Positions 12,035-24,095 of a DNA stretch of 64,000 bases are shown here, piece after piece. How positions within the stretch are numbered: the first letter of the stretch is position 1; each line of letters begins with the position of its first letter. Under the pieces are notes generated by a model that had not been told where the DNA came from, did no database searches, and saw nothing but the letters and a program-made list of their open reading frames with translations. Source of the DNA: Octopus sinensis (lineage: Eukaryota). The translations under genes were made by a program, and so were the position numbers. The DNA lies in contig NC_043014.1 of the NCBI RefSeq assembly GCF_006345805.1, positions 25,916,001 to 25,980,000 of the forward strand, read 5' to 3'.

Positions 12035-12119
12035 AAAAAATAATAAAAATATATAAAATCTTCTTGGGACATAACACAGAAAGCATGTTCTATCCGTTTT
12101 CTTTAGGGGACCAAAAACG

Positions 12120-12800
12120 TAACAGAAATTTAGTCACATGGGCATGATCCGAAAAGCTCTGTCCTTGTATTTAGACATGTGGTAGGGTCTAAGCTGCTTT
12201 TCCAGATAAGCCATCTCTCCATGTCGCAAACCGCACCTTCCGCTGCCGTTAGTATAGGGGTTACATCTGGCCAAAATCTTCCATTGTATGTTATAATCGA
12301 CACCTTTATCTCTTAAAGACCAAATATGATGGGATAATTGTGTCGCTTTTCTTTTGTTCCAGTGCCTAAAGCTCAAAGTGTGGTTATTGAACCTGGCCTT
12401 GAAATTACCCTCTGTCAGGCCACGTATTTCTTCGTCGAAACGGTGTCTTAGTGGTTATAGAGTTTACGGTAGCTTCATATATGATGGTCTTGGACATGCA
12501 AGCTCCATTTAGCGGGCACAATTCTTTATTCCTGCATGAACAGCTGTTTTCTTCTTGTGTTTTTTGTATGTTATGATTGATTATGTTTAAAATTGGTAGT
12601 TGAACTAAAACTAATTTTTAAATTGTGTCTATTAAGAGTTTCCTATAAGCATGGTTAACTGGAAATGTCTATCTATCAGTGCTAGGAAATATTTACCTAT
12701 ATTGAAGGCCACCTGGTGGAGTAAGGGGGCGTAAACCAGATGACCTTCCTATTTCTATTATTCCTTTTCCTTATTGTTGGGCTGGTGATAGGTGTATATT
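12120..12800 (-). mobile_element. Penelope-like endonuclease remnant (second subfamily)
   Basis: ORF SFRHWNKRKATQLSHHIWSLRDKGVDYNIQWKIL..YTNGSGRC is typical of the C-terminal part of the Penelope GIY-YIG domain. Confidence 0.7.
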
Positions 12801-12959
12801 TTATTACAAAGAATAAGTCCTCGGGTAGATTTGCTCGACTAAAGGCGGTGCTCTAGCATGGCCACAGTCAAATGACTGAACCGAGTAAAAGAGTAGACCG
12901 TCAACGCTGAAGAAGTTCTAAAAATTCACCTGGAAGAGTTTACAGCAATAAAGATAGGA

Positions 12960-13110
12960 AATTCTGTGAGCAGGAAATAATGGGTTTGTGAAACGAGCAA
13001 CGTGAAACGAGCAACGTGAAACAGTGTCCTATTCAAGGAAACAACGAACCGCCGGGAACCGAATTCACAACCTTACAATCGTGAGCGAAAAGCCTAACCT
13101 CTAACACAAG
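12960..13110 (-). mobile_element. Decayed tRNA-head SINE fragment
   Basis: On minus: GGTTGTGAATTCGGTTCCC (B-box-like), followed by a CORE-like TTCCTTGAATAGGACAC. Confidence 0.5.
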
Positions 13111-13124
13111 TGTCTCCTCTCTTT

Positions 13125-13198
<74 letters not shown>

Positions 13199-14774
13199 CT
13201 TGAAATTTACAGAAAGACAAAAGATGAAGACAGGTGTATTAGTTTTACGCTCGGAAAAATGAGAAAGCCTTTTACGTTTCTAGTCTAGGCTCTTCAACAG
13301 AAAAGAATAAGAGAAAATAAACAGAGAGAGAATAAAAGAACTTATAGATTTAGTGATCAAGCATGGCGACTGGTTGGAAAAAAGGCTTGACAGGAGAGGT
13401 AGAAAGAAGGGGAGATAATAAAGTAGAGTTGATCCCAAATGAAGGTGAACGTGCATGTGTGTGTATGTGAGGATATGTAAGTGTGTACGTGGATGAGGGC
13501 TAGTGATTGTAAAGTGTGTGGATGAGAGCGTGTGTAAGTGTGTGCGTGTGTAAATGCGTGCGTCTGTAATGTGTGGGTGTGTGGATGATAGTGTGTGGGT
13601 GTGCAGATGAGGGTGTGTGGTGTTGGGTGCTGGGAAGTGCTAGTGTGTGTGGAGTGGTGTGGGGTGGCATGGTATGTTGATGTGGTGGTGTGTGACATGA
13701 TAGGGACGATGATGGGTGCTTTGAGGATGGTGGTGTTGGAGAGGGAGGGACAAGTGCGGTAGCGTGGGCAAGAACAGAGAATCAACAGATGTGATCCACA
13801 GATTCTCGGAATAGAAAACACTTAGCGCCCAAATGATTGGAACATAGACTCGGATGTCTTTATGAGGGATCAATTCCGCAGGGAATTGGTGGCTCTAAGA
13901 GGAGCAGATATTGAGGCAATTATGCGGATAAGCAAATTAAATATAACAGCTTGAATTTGATACGCTATACATACACACAAAATCGAGCGCACGTACCCAA
14001 GTGTGTGTGTTGTTAGTTTGTGCATCGGTTGCGTTTTAGGTGTAAGAGAATATATTCTCAATTGCGCCTGGTGTTAAAAACACCTGAAAGTAAGTCATTG
14101 GCAAGCGAGACCACTCACATCAGGTCCCTTGTCGGAGCGACCAACATCGATATTTCGTCATTGTTGTAACTTTTCACTGCCGCATACCGAACAAGGCCCG
14201 CTGCAAACTATGCCGCCGACTATACTAAGTGGTTTAAAAACCATCTGGATTGTCCCAACTTTTCATGTCACGGAAAAATCAAATTTGAACTGGAAGCAGC
14301 TCGAGATATATAAACAAAATCGAACACACATATAAAAGGTGTGTTGTTAGTTCGTGGGTTGGCTGCGTTTTTAGGTGCAAGAGAATACATGCAAACAGGA
14401 AGAAAGCAAAGACTGAAGATTTTCAGACGATGAACAAATATATATTTATACATTAATAGATCAAACTTACACAGAGTACAAACGTCAAATAAAATTAAAG
14501 GGGAAGCAGTAAGGTCCAGCAACTGCTTCTGGAGTCTCGGAGGTCCATCAAAGTGTTGGTGAGAATATAGATATATTGCATTTACACAGACATACACATA
14601 AGCATATATGCACATATGTTGCTGTGTACTTTATATATATATTTGGAAGTATAGGTAGCAAAATATTTTCTAAATTAGATTTCTCTGTAGAGCTTTCTCT
14701 CTTCCATCTTTGTATCTTATTCTGAACCTTATTGTAGCACAGGAATAATAAAAGAAAGCAATTTTCTTTTACAG

Positions 14775-14944
14775 GTATCCTGTTGAAATTGCCGATATGG
14801 AACGAGCCCGATGCCGAAAACTTGTTCGACGACAAGCAAAGCTGGTGCCTTACAGAGAAAAATGACCAGACTCTTGACAAGTCAATAAAAGCGGAAACAT
14901 CAACATTTACATCAACCGAGTTATTTATAATAAATAATCAATAA
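14775..14944 (+). CDS. Rh: Rh-family paralogue A, last coding exon
   Basis: Acceptor ttttacag; completes the split Gly codon. Reads ILLKLPIWNEPDAENLFDDKQSWCL..NNQ*, with the Rh C-terminal LP.W..P..(F/Y)(E/D)D...W pattern. Confidence 0.88.
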
Positions 14945-16033
14945 GCTACATACGGAGTGGTAATACATTTGTCGTTACAACGAATATCAGCCCCTAGTGG
15001 AAATTAAATGGTTCTGACTTTGTAACTAGTTCCTCATATCTCTGCTACCTCTGATATCCTTGAGAAGGAATCACATACGCTTCATATTTCCCATCTTAGC
15101 TCTCTTTTGAAGTTAAAAGAAGTTAATCATGCATTAATTAATATTGCTGAGTATAAATAGTCAAAAAATATGTGAAGATATTTATTGTTCATCTTGTAGG
15201 TTAGCTCCCACGATGTCCTGCTCATTTTTGTCGTTTTGTCTGGGAAAGTAGGTCACGCCCAAGAACCATTATTACCTTTTGGTAAACGTCATGCCAAAAG
15301 TGGTCCCGACATTATAACTTGCGTAAAACATTTGATTCTTTTCTGTCCTGAAAAGTACAATCAAACACAGTTAGTATCAATATTTTACGCGTTATTTGTC
15401 AGGTCCTAATTCGTCAGACAAATTTAAGGATTAGAGTTTAGAAAAAAAAAAGAAGAAAATAGTTGAAGTAGGCTATCCTCTGACAGTATGGGTCTGCATA
15501 CATATATGAATGTATGTATGCGTATATGTATACATGTATGTAAATAGCGAAGGAATAAATACAGATATTTGTTGTTGTCGTTATTCTTGTTGTTGGTTTG
15601 TCCGAGATCCTGCTTTTTATCACTAATCCGTGCTGTGTCTGTGACTATTGCGTCTGTGTACGCGTAACGCAAAGTCTCAGTAAGTTCAACATTAAAAACT
15701 GAGTAAAATATTGAATTTCTGTACTGAAAAGTGCAATTCAACACAAATGCAATCGTTTACTATTCGCGACTCGAGAAGTAATTATAAATACCAGCGATAA
15801 ATAAGGAAATTTCTTATAGGTGCTCAGTGAAGGTTATGCTTGTTTAGAGGCCATTTAATTTAATTGGTAGCGCATTTGCAAGGCAAGCGAGTGATGCATG
15901 GTGCTTCTCACATAGGTGCATGGTGCATAAAACTATAGACATAAATCACACTGCGACATCAAGTGACTAAAAAAAGACACTGAAACGCTTCATATTGTGG
16001 TAGCGAGATTTGGTTGGTATGCGGTCACTGGAC

Positions 16034-16083
16034 GACTGCAACTGAGGAAGTCTAGAAGGCTGAAATCACCTGATCTAACAGTT
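16034..16083 (+). ncRNA. Minimal type I hammerhead ribozyme (putative)
   Basis: Core CTGAGGA (16042-16048), stem II AGTC/GGCT, GAAA (16062-16065), stem III TCA-cc-TGA, cleavage triplet ATC (after 16075). Stem I GACTGcaA/TaaCAGTT has 2 mismatches. Confidence 0.6.
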
Positions 16084-16699
16084 CTGGCGCCGATAACAGA
16101 CGACTCTAGTCTGCTACGATTTACGCCTATACTTTTATACGCTATGCACCAATATAACATGGTCAATAACTCAGTATTTGACGTTCTAACAAGACATCCA
16201 CTTTAAGTTGGATATAAAGATTGCCTTTTGGTACTAATACTGTTTCCATCGCTAATAATTATTATTTAAAAATGCTTATTTTCTATTAAGCACAATGCCC
16301 TTAATTTGGGGAGGAGGTAATACCAATTATATTAACCTCGGTACTCTATTTTGTCTACTTGGATAGCTGAAAGGCAAATTTTGAGTCGGCAACCAGAACT
16401 TCAAAGAAATTAAAATAATTACCGTAAATCATTTTGTCTAATGCTTTAACAACCCACTAATCAATCGACCCTTTTGACAATTTAATAATGGTTTCAAACT
16501 TGTGAAACTAATCATTAAGTAGGAAAATAACAATCGACTAAATCTCTCCTGCTAAATTTGCTCTCCTTGACAAAAAGGACAGCAGTTTTAGTGGGGAGGT
16601 TAGTCAATATCATGAACCCGCTAATTTTTAATAGTACTGTATTTTATAGATCATGAAAGGATGAAAAGTACACAATTCAACAGGTATTTTGTTGTCAGG

Positions 16700-17810
16700 A
16701 CGTTTTTTTTTATCTTAATTTGATATTTTTGTTTTGTTTTTTGACATGTTGAATCCAAAAATGGAATCTATTTTTTCACTATCACATATAAATTTCAAGA
16801 TACCCAAAGCCCAATCATCAACGGTTGATATGCATGGACTTTAAGGCAGTCAATTTTCTACAGGGGTAACAAAGTGAATACACTAAATATTCATGCTTTT
16901 TATGTCTGTGGGACAGCAGAGCCAGGGAAAAACATTGGGTGATCAAGGAATGGCTGCAACGAACAATGAGTAGTTCAATGGTCTTTTAATGTGGTTGAAC
17001 AGCCTTTAGTTCAACCGGGAGAAAAGTCCTCCTACCTCCACTCCATATCAAACATAGCATTATGAAGCAGTTTGTTAAACAACTGGATAAAGATGGACTT
17101 TGTATTCACTATATCTGCAGCACGTTCCTTTGTCTTAGAAGGGAAAAGATAAAAGTTGGAATTTTTGGTGGGCTGCAAATCAAAAAATTAATGCAAGATG
17201 AGAACTTTGTAAATTCATTGAGCTGCATTGAAGCAGCAGCATGGAATTCATTTGTAATAGTTGTGAATGACTTCTTGGACAAGGAGAAAGTAGTCAACTC
17301 TGCTGAAATGGTCGACAACATGCTGGAGAACTTTCAAAATTTGGAAGCAAAGATGAGCATAAAACTGCACTATCTCCACAGTCACTTAAATCCCCGAAAC
17401 CTTGGTAACATACGTGACAAACAAGGATACCGTTTTTATCAAGACCTAAAGTAAATGGAACAAAGGTATCAATGCAGATGGGACTTGCATATGATGGCGG
17501 AGTATTGCTGGAACTTGACTCGGATCTTCCTGAGGTTCAACACTCAATAAGATTATTCAAACGCAAAGTTATGGGAAATTAGGTATAAACAATTGTCCGT
17601 AGAAATTCACTAGTTTTTCAGTAGAAGCGTTGTTTTTTAAGAAATATCAATTTCTATGTATATTATGCCTTGTTCCTCATAAGCTGTTTTATTTTTAAAA
17701 AAAAAACAACAACAACGTAATTCCTTGGATCCAGTATTTTAACGTCTTGACGCGATAATAATAAATGGATGTCACTTTCAGATTCTGTCTTCAGATCCAA
17801 ACTTTTTGAC
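16700..17810 (+). mobile_element. Decayed DNA transposon, Chapaev/CMC-like transposase remnant
   Basis: Fragments YTKYSCFLCLWDSRAREKHW, VLLPPLHIK, ORF 17062-17454 (MKQFVK..KIKVGIFGGLQI..MSIKLHYLHSHL..QGYRFYQDL) and MEQRYQ..MMAEYCW. The superfamily assignment is from memory of these motifs. Confidence 0.7.
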
Positions 17811-17844
17811 AACATAGGAAAAAATGCCTGTATAATTATAAATG

Positions 17845-18170
17845 CAAGCTTGGCTGTGTGGTAACAAGCCTCAGGCCAACTAAAGCCTTGTGAGTGGATT
17901 TAGTAAATGAAATCTGAAAGAAGCCCATCGTATATATGTATATATCCTTGTGCGTATCTGTGTGTGTGTTTCTTTGTGTTAGTCTCCCACCACCACTTGT
18001 TGGATTGTTTACGTACCCATAAGTTAGCAGTTCGTCAAAAGACCGATAGAATATGTGCCTAACTTGGGAAAATATGTACTGGAATTGATACAACCGACTA
18101 AAACTCGTTAAGTCAGTGCCTCAGCATGGCCACAGTCCAATGACTGAAACAAATAAAAGATAAATAAAAA
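17845..18170 (+). mobile_element. Family-1 SINE, decayed
   Basis: Head, CORE remnant and tail are recognisable. Confidence 0.65.
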
Positions 18171-18639
18171 GAAAAAGAAGCCTTTAATATTCCTGAAAAT
18201 GTAACTAAAACAAGTTTTGCTAAACTTTCAAGAGAACATTACCTGTTTGGGGTTATTTAAATGATGTTATTTCCAAAGATGCGGTAACAGCGAATCCAAA
18301 ATCATAGTTTTCAGTCATGGGACAGTGTTAATAACAATAGTAATATAAATTTTATTCTAAATCCACCAGGTCGAATCACCATTATTAAATAATTTTCTTG
18401 ATAATGATTAAATAACTGATATCTGGTGTCACTATGTGGTCGTTCAACAGCCAAATTTTCTTTAATAAAACCCCTACCGTTTTAAAAAACAATCAAGTCC
18501 ACAATGGATAATGAGATCGTAGATACATGGCGATTGAAAAAGAGAGACGTGTAGGCAATGTCCAGAATGCTTTTGATGATAGCTCGGTTAAACAACTTTA
18601 CTACTATTTTATGAAACATTTCGATGGTGCTTGGTTGAA

Positions 18640-18870
18640 TTATCTTTTCAACTTGTTTCAGTCATTAGGCTGCAGCACATACTGCGGCACCGCCTTGAAG
18701 AATTTTTAGTTGAATGATTCGACTCCGGTACTTCATTTTCTTTTTTATTTTTTAAGTTTCATTCGGTGTCCTTTCTATCGCGAACTTACGGGAACGTAAA
18801 CACACCAACACCGGTTGTAAATCGGTATTGGGAGACAAACACAGACACAGAAGACATACACACACACACA
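18640..18870 (-). mobile_element. Family-1 SINE tail, decayed
   Basis: Reverse complement of the family-1 tail (..GGGAACGTAAACACACCAACACCGGTTG..GAGACAAACACAGACAC). Confidence 0.6.
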
Positions 18871-19426
18871 TTCACATATATCGGCAATTATGCGAGTAAA
18901 CAAATTAAAAACATTAAATATATTAAATATAACAGCTTGGGTATGAAATACAAAATATGTATATATGTATAGATGCAAACGAGAAAAATCAAAAGGTGGA
19001 GACTTTTAGATAATGAATAATTAAGTATAAATATATAGATATCTATATTAATAGGTCCAACTTACTTAGAGCACAAACGACAAAGAAAATTAAAGGGGTG
19101 GAAGAAAGGTGTTATACATTCAACAGCTATTTCTAGGAACTTGGAGATCCATGATAATGGTGATAGAATTAGTTCAATGCTTTTCTTTACATTATAGCCT
19201 TTCTTTACCTTGTGGAATCGATCCCTTGTAAATATATCGGAGTCTAAGTTCGAATCTTTTGAACACTCGGAGAGCCGTACTAGGCCATACATATTCACAA
19301 GCAAAGTTACAACCATAATATTAGTCATACATAACATGCTGCCCTATCTTTTCTGACTAAACTGTAAAAACTATATTGTCTATTCTTTTACTCGTTTCTT
19401 GAACAAAAAAAGCATGTAACACGTGC

Positions 19427-19465
<39 letters not shown>

Positions 19466-19472
19466 GAATGTA

Positions 19473-19503
<31 letters not shown>

Positions 19504-20497
19504 TACTTCTTCACGAAAATCATTAAAATCCTATGGATTCAATTGGGTCGAAATGCTTTTTCTAAATATTATCCTTATCCCTGCAGGGCTAAACTTCATA
19601 AATAATTAGGGTAGTAGTAGTAGTGGCGGTAGTAGTAATAATAATAGAAGTAGTAGTAGTAGTAGTAGAAGAAGAAGAAGAGGAAGAAAAAGAAGGCAGA
19701 GGAGGAGTGAAATGTAATGGTGCAGCTCTCACTAAAATTCGACACAAAAGTTCTGAATGGAAAACAAATAAATTAATATATTAATTCATTAGGCCAGCTA
19801 ATTATTCACCCTCGCACACAAACAATGACGGTAAATAATTAAGAAACCAACAAAAGTAATTAACTCAATCGCTGACAGAAACTGCTTTTATAAGTGTGGT
19901 AAATATATTTTCAATACTTCGGCTTCTTTACACATTTAATTCTCATATAATTGAGTCTGGCCGCATTATTTTTAGAAATGGTGGCCTGAGACAACACATT
20001 CTTGCCGAGGTCAACTATTTTTTGTCTGTAGTGAATGACATGAAATAATGTTGGTGATGGTGGGAAAGTTGCTTATATCGATCTCAGTATCAATACGAAT
20101 TGCTCTCTCTTCAAATATTCCCGCTCCTATGTCTTTGCTAGAAAATATCCCGTTTTCAATAGATTCATTGAGGTTCTTCTGTACCATCAAGTATCAGATG
20201 CTTCTCTGTGTTTCTGAAATTTAAACAGCACCGATTTCTGGGATGTACAAATGCGTTTAATGTACAAATTCAGTTTTAATTTGTTGGGGGAATTTGTTTA
20301 ATTGCCTCCGGCGTTGTACTATTCTTCTACATATTTTCCCACTCATTTCTGCCTCAGCGACCCTTTTACTCGAATAATGTTCTACAAACGCCATCTCAAC
20401 ATGTTTTGCAAAAAAGAAACGAAAAAGAGAGAGGGAAATAGATTATTTTATATACACGCTAAATTTGCTCAGTGTTCATTATCACTATTATTATTAT

Positions 20498-22082
20498 GTT
20501 TGATTTTGCTTTGTATTTGTACAAGTTACTCCAAGTCTCACCCAGAGACCTCAGGAGACAAAAAGTTAGAAGTTCATGTTGGTGTTATGCCTAGGGTGTC
20601 ATGTATTTAGTTTTGCGCATGGTATTGTTCTAGAGAATGTTTAAGAAAACATAAAAATATAAATTTGTTTTACAATTTGAGATTGTATAGACAGTATTTT
20701 ACGTAGGATATTGGCAGTTCCTATGAGCAATATCTTGTGAATTTCTGTCATTTTGGGGTTCCCAGATATCTGAGATAGGTAGGAACAGCCCCTTTTGCTC
20801 TCATTCCTAAGGGTACCTATGACAACAGGTATTGTTTCAGTCTTGAGGTTCCACATTTTGCCAATTTCTATTTCAAGGTCTTTATACTTGCTCAATTTTT
20901 GGTAGGTTTTGACAGGCAAATTTATGTCGATTGGGTCAGTCATATCAATGAGGAGGCATGATTTTTGTCTGAAGTCCTTCAATATAATGTTTGGCCTATT
21001 TGCATCTATCTTTCAATCAATTTTAATGGTGAAGTCCCAGAGGAGTGAGAGGTGATCATTTTCAAGCAATGGAGATAGTTTCTGTTCCCATAAGCTTTTA
21101 TCATGGGACAGGTCCAGGTTTTTTCAAATTACGCAGTGAATATATTGTCCTGGTCTATCATGCATCATCATTAGCTGAAATTATATCCTTAGGTGCAAGG
21201 CAGATTTTACCAATTACTTTCAGGTTTTGGTTAGAATTGTGAATTTCTGGGAGTGTCACGTTCATTCATACTGGTTTCTTTAATTTTCAGCCATTTGATC
21301 ATGATTTGATTTTTTAGATAACCTAGTTCAGTTGAGTCAATTTCTGTGTAATTTTCTTCATCTATTTGATTTTCATATGCGTCAGTGTTTTATGGTTGGT
21401 TGAGAGTGTATTTCACTTTGCTTATCTGTTACATTAACTCTTTCAATCCCATTTGCATTTTCACCAGACCTGGGTTGGTCTATAATTATTTCCTCTATAG
21501 TATCTTCTTTAGCTGTAACTTTGTTCCGTTTATCCTTTACTGATTGTTTAATTTGGTCAATCTGTAATTCAGTTAGTAATCTCTTTTTCATAATTTTTCT
21601 TCTGACGTTGGCAAGTTTGTTACTGTCTATGTAGGGTCTTACTTCAAGGTGTTTCTGTCTCCAGTTTAAGTAGGTTTGTATAGTATTAGTTTTATTTTTG
21701 GGGAAATACATGGCATGATAGAAGACCTGAAGAAGTTCTTTATTATCTCCTCTAGACCATCTTCATTCTTTTTCTTTTGGTTATTTGACGAGGAGCATAT
21801 TTCCAGAGAGGTATTATTCAAACCCCAAAGAATCGCTCTCAACACATGGCTATGATGCTCCCCCACTACTTCTGCTCGTGGTCAGAGATGCACCTATCGT
21901 CAGACACTAAGGGACATGCTCAACTGGTTAATGTCAAACAACTGACAAGCGAATCTGTGGTATTGAGCAGAATGTTTGCTGTAGCCCATCTTTTATACCA
22001 AGACAAAACAACGTACATGATAACACTTCCAATCAGTTAAGATCAGAAGCCATGAGAGCCACTACCTGGTACTGCATAAGGG

Positions 22083-22083
<1 letters not shown>
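20498..22083 (-). mobile_element. R4/Dong-like LINE derivative: 5' UTR, N-terminal domain, RLE and 3' UTR, with the RT deleted; TAA repeats at both ends
   Basis: N-terminal RWSRGDNKELL..WRQKH..DSNKLANVRRKI joins at ~21220 directly to LAPK..HDRPGQYIH..LLWDFTI..ANRPNII..LLIDMT..KLSKYKDLEIEIGKMW..PVVIG..GTANILRK. The 5' end abuts (TAA)23; the 3' end runs into short TAA repeats at 20486-20497. Confidence 0.78.

Positions 22084-22152
<69 letters not shown>
22084..22152. repeat. (ATT)23 microsatellite
   Basis: Counted directly. Confidence 0.97.
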
Positions 22153-22153
<1 letters not shown>

Positions 22154-22370
22154 CTCCCGACGCCGATGGACGTACGTGAATCAGCTCTGTGAGTTTTGTG
22201 CCAATTTTATTGGAAATTTTTTAATAAGCTTGAATATTTTTTAATATTTTGTAGCCAAACCGACCGGCTTCTTGCGGAGCTCGTCGGTTGGGCGAAAACT
22301 TTGCCCCTTCGGGGTGAAATTGCTGTTTTTTATTTTGAAATTGACATTTTTGCACACACATAATTACAAA

Positions 22371-24056
22371 ATGGCTCTGAAACGAGCTGCTGGCTCTTCC
22401 CTCCTTCTTGCAACACCCCCTCCACAAGAACACAAAACAACGTCACGGGTTATGTACAACCCATTTCAAGCCGTAAAAGGCAACAAAGATCCTCCTTCCG
22501 AACCGGAGTGCACGCGCTCGGTTCAAAAGGAGAATGCAAGCCAGGACATAAAGATGGCACAAGATTTGTTGAGAAAGGAGGGGAACAGTGTTTTCCTCAA
22601 CACACCTCAACAACTCACACAAGAGACAAACAAAAGAACAATCTTTTATAAAGTCTTCGAAAAGAAAACTAAAAGATTGTTAACGCCACACCACAACAGT
22701 TAGAGATGGCTCTGAAGCCCATTTGGGGCCAGAAGAGCTATGTGACAAGAGGAAGCGATTTGGAACCGTGGAGGTTCGCTTCCCAACAGAGGAGCTTGCA
22801 AGGGCGAACGCCATTTCGCCCTTGCAAAATGAACATTTGTTCCTCGTCCCGACGTACCTCGGGCGTAAGGTACAAAAAATAACTATAAGCACAATACCCC
22901 CCGAACAGAAAATCTCATGGCTAGTGGCGGCTGTCCTCTATGCATAGAGGACACTGCCACTATTCTGAATGTTCGGAGGGTACGAGAAAAGAACTGGTCA
23001 GGCATGGGAATTCAACTGCTGGTACAGATCCAGCAGGAAAACATCAATGCCATACCTGACTTGTCATCTTGCTGGATGGGACAAGGCTAAATGTTATTGT
23101 AGAGGGGCGAAAGCCAAAATGTTTCCTCTGCAGTAGCGAAAGCCACCTAAAAAGGGACTGCCCCATTCAAAAAAAGAGAATGGAAGAATATAGCAAGAGG
23201 CAGCAGCAACAACAACAACAACAACAACAACAACACAAGCAACAACAACAGAAACAACAAAAACAGCAAGAAACACCAAAGGATGCCACACCACCAACAC
23301 CATCACCAACACCAGCACCAAGACGAGCAACACCACCTCCAACAACAACAACCACCACCAAACCAACACCGACAACCACCACCAAACCAACACCGACACC
23401 AGTACCTCGAAGGTCGACAGCAGCGACATCAACAGTAACAGGAGCAGCGGCACCACCGATACCGGTGGAACCAGAAACTTTTCGTCCTGCTACTGAAGCA
23501 GACCCCTCAACCATTCCTTTGCCGGATGAAGAGATCTCGGATTGTGCGAGCTCCGATTCCAACAAAGGAGAATGGAACATAGTTCCTCCAAAAAAGAAAA
23601 GGAGGAAAAAACAAAAAGATTTACAGGGGAAGCACGAACAAACAGTACTTCCCAACATCAACAACAACATCAACAACAACACACACGCACAACAACAAAC
23701 AACAACAACAACACTTTCGACACCACTACTGCCACTACCACAGACACAAACAAACACAGACACAATTACAGACACGATTACAGCAGTGAATACAAGAAAC
23801 CAGGAACTGGTTGAGTATTTGAAAAACAAAACAAGCACAAACATTACAGATTTCATAATACCTACACACAACACACCACCAGCACACATTCTCACAAAAA
23901 AAAAAACAAACAGTTTACAACGAAATAAAACAAATATTCCCTAACGATGTGGGATCGTTAGGGAAAAGTTTCTCTCAGAAACTTTACAAAAATATTATTA
24001 AAGCACCCGTGCAAAAGCACAAGGGAGCCACCCCCACCACCAACAACAGTAAGTAG
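22371..24056 (+). CDS. Tx1 copy A ORF1 (RRM-like region, CCHC knuckle, polyQ, PT-rich region), broken by 1-nt indels
   Basis: MALKRAAG.., GTVEVRFPTEELA, CFLCSSESHLKRDC (CX2CX4HX4C), PPKKKRRKK. The reconstructed C-terminus ..EIKQIFPNDVGSLGKSF..PTTNNSK* ends at 24056. Indels are mostly in short homopolymers. Confidence 0.85.
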
Positions 24057-24095
24057 AGCCTTTTTTCTCCTTTTTTTTTCCCTAACTTTTGAAAC

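Noticed and set aside
19062-19337. 91-aa minus-strand ORF as a missing Rh exon or separate gene
   Set aside because: No Rh similarity or other recognisable motif; the RhB terminal exon was found at 44767-44894.
21990-22083. Possible HDV-like or hammerhead ribozyme at the Dong 5' end
   Set aside because: One hairpin (TTCTGATC/GATTGGAA) is present, but I could not assign P1, P2 and P3 or a hammerhead core.
24048-24095. GTAAGT plus pyrimidine tract and CTAAC as a possible ORF1-ORF2 mini-intron
   Set aside because: The order is wrong (tract before branch-like motif), there is no AG acceptor before the ATG, and CTAAC is not kept in copy B.
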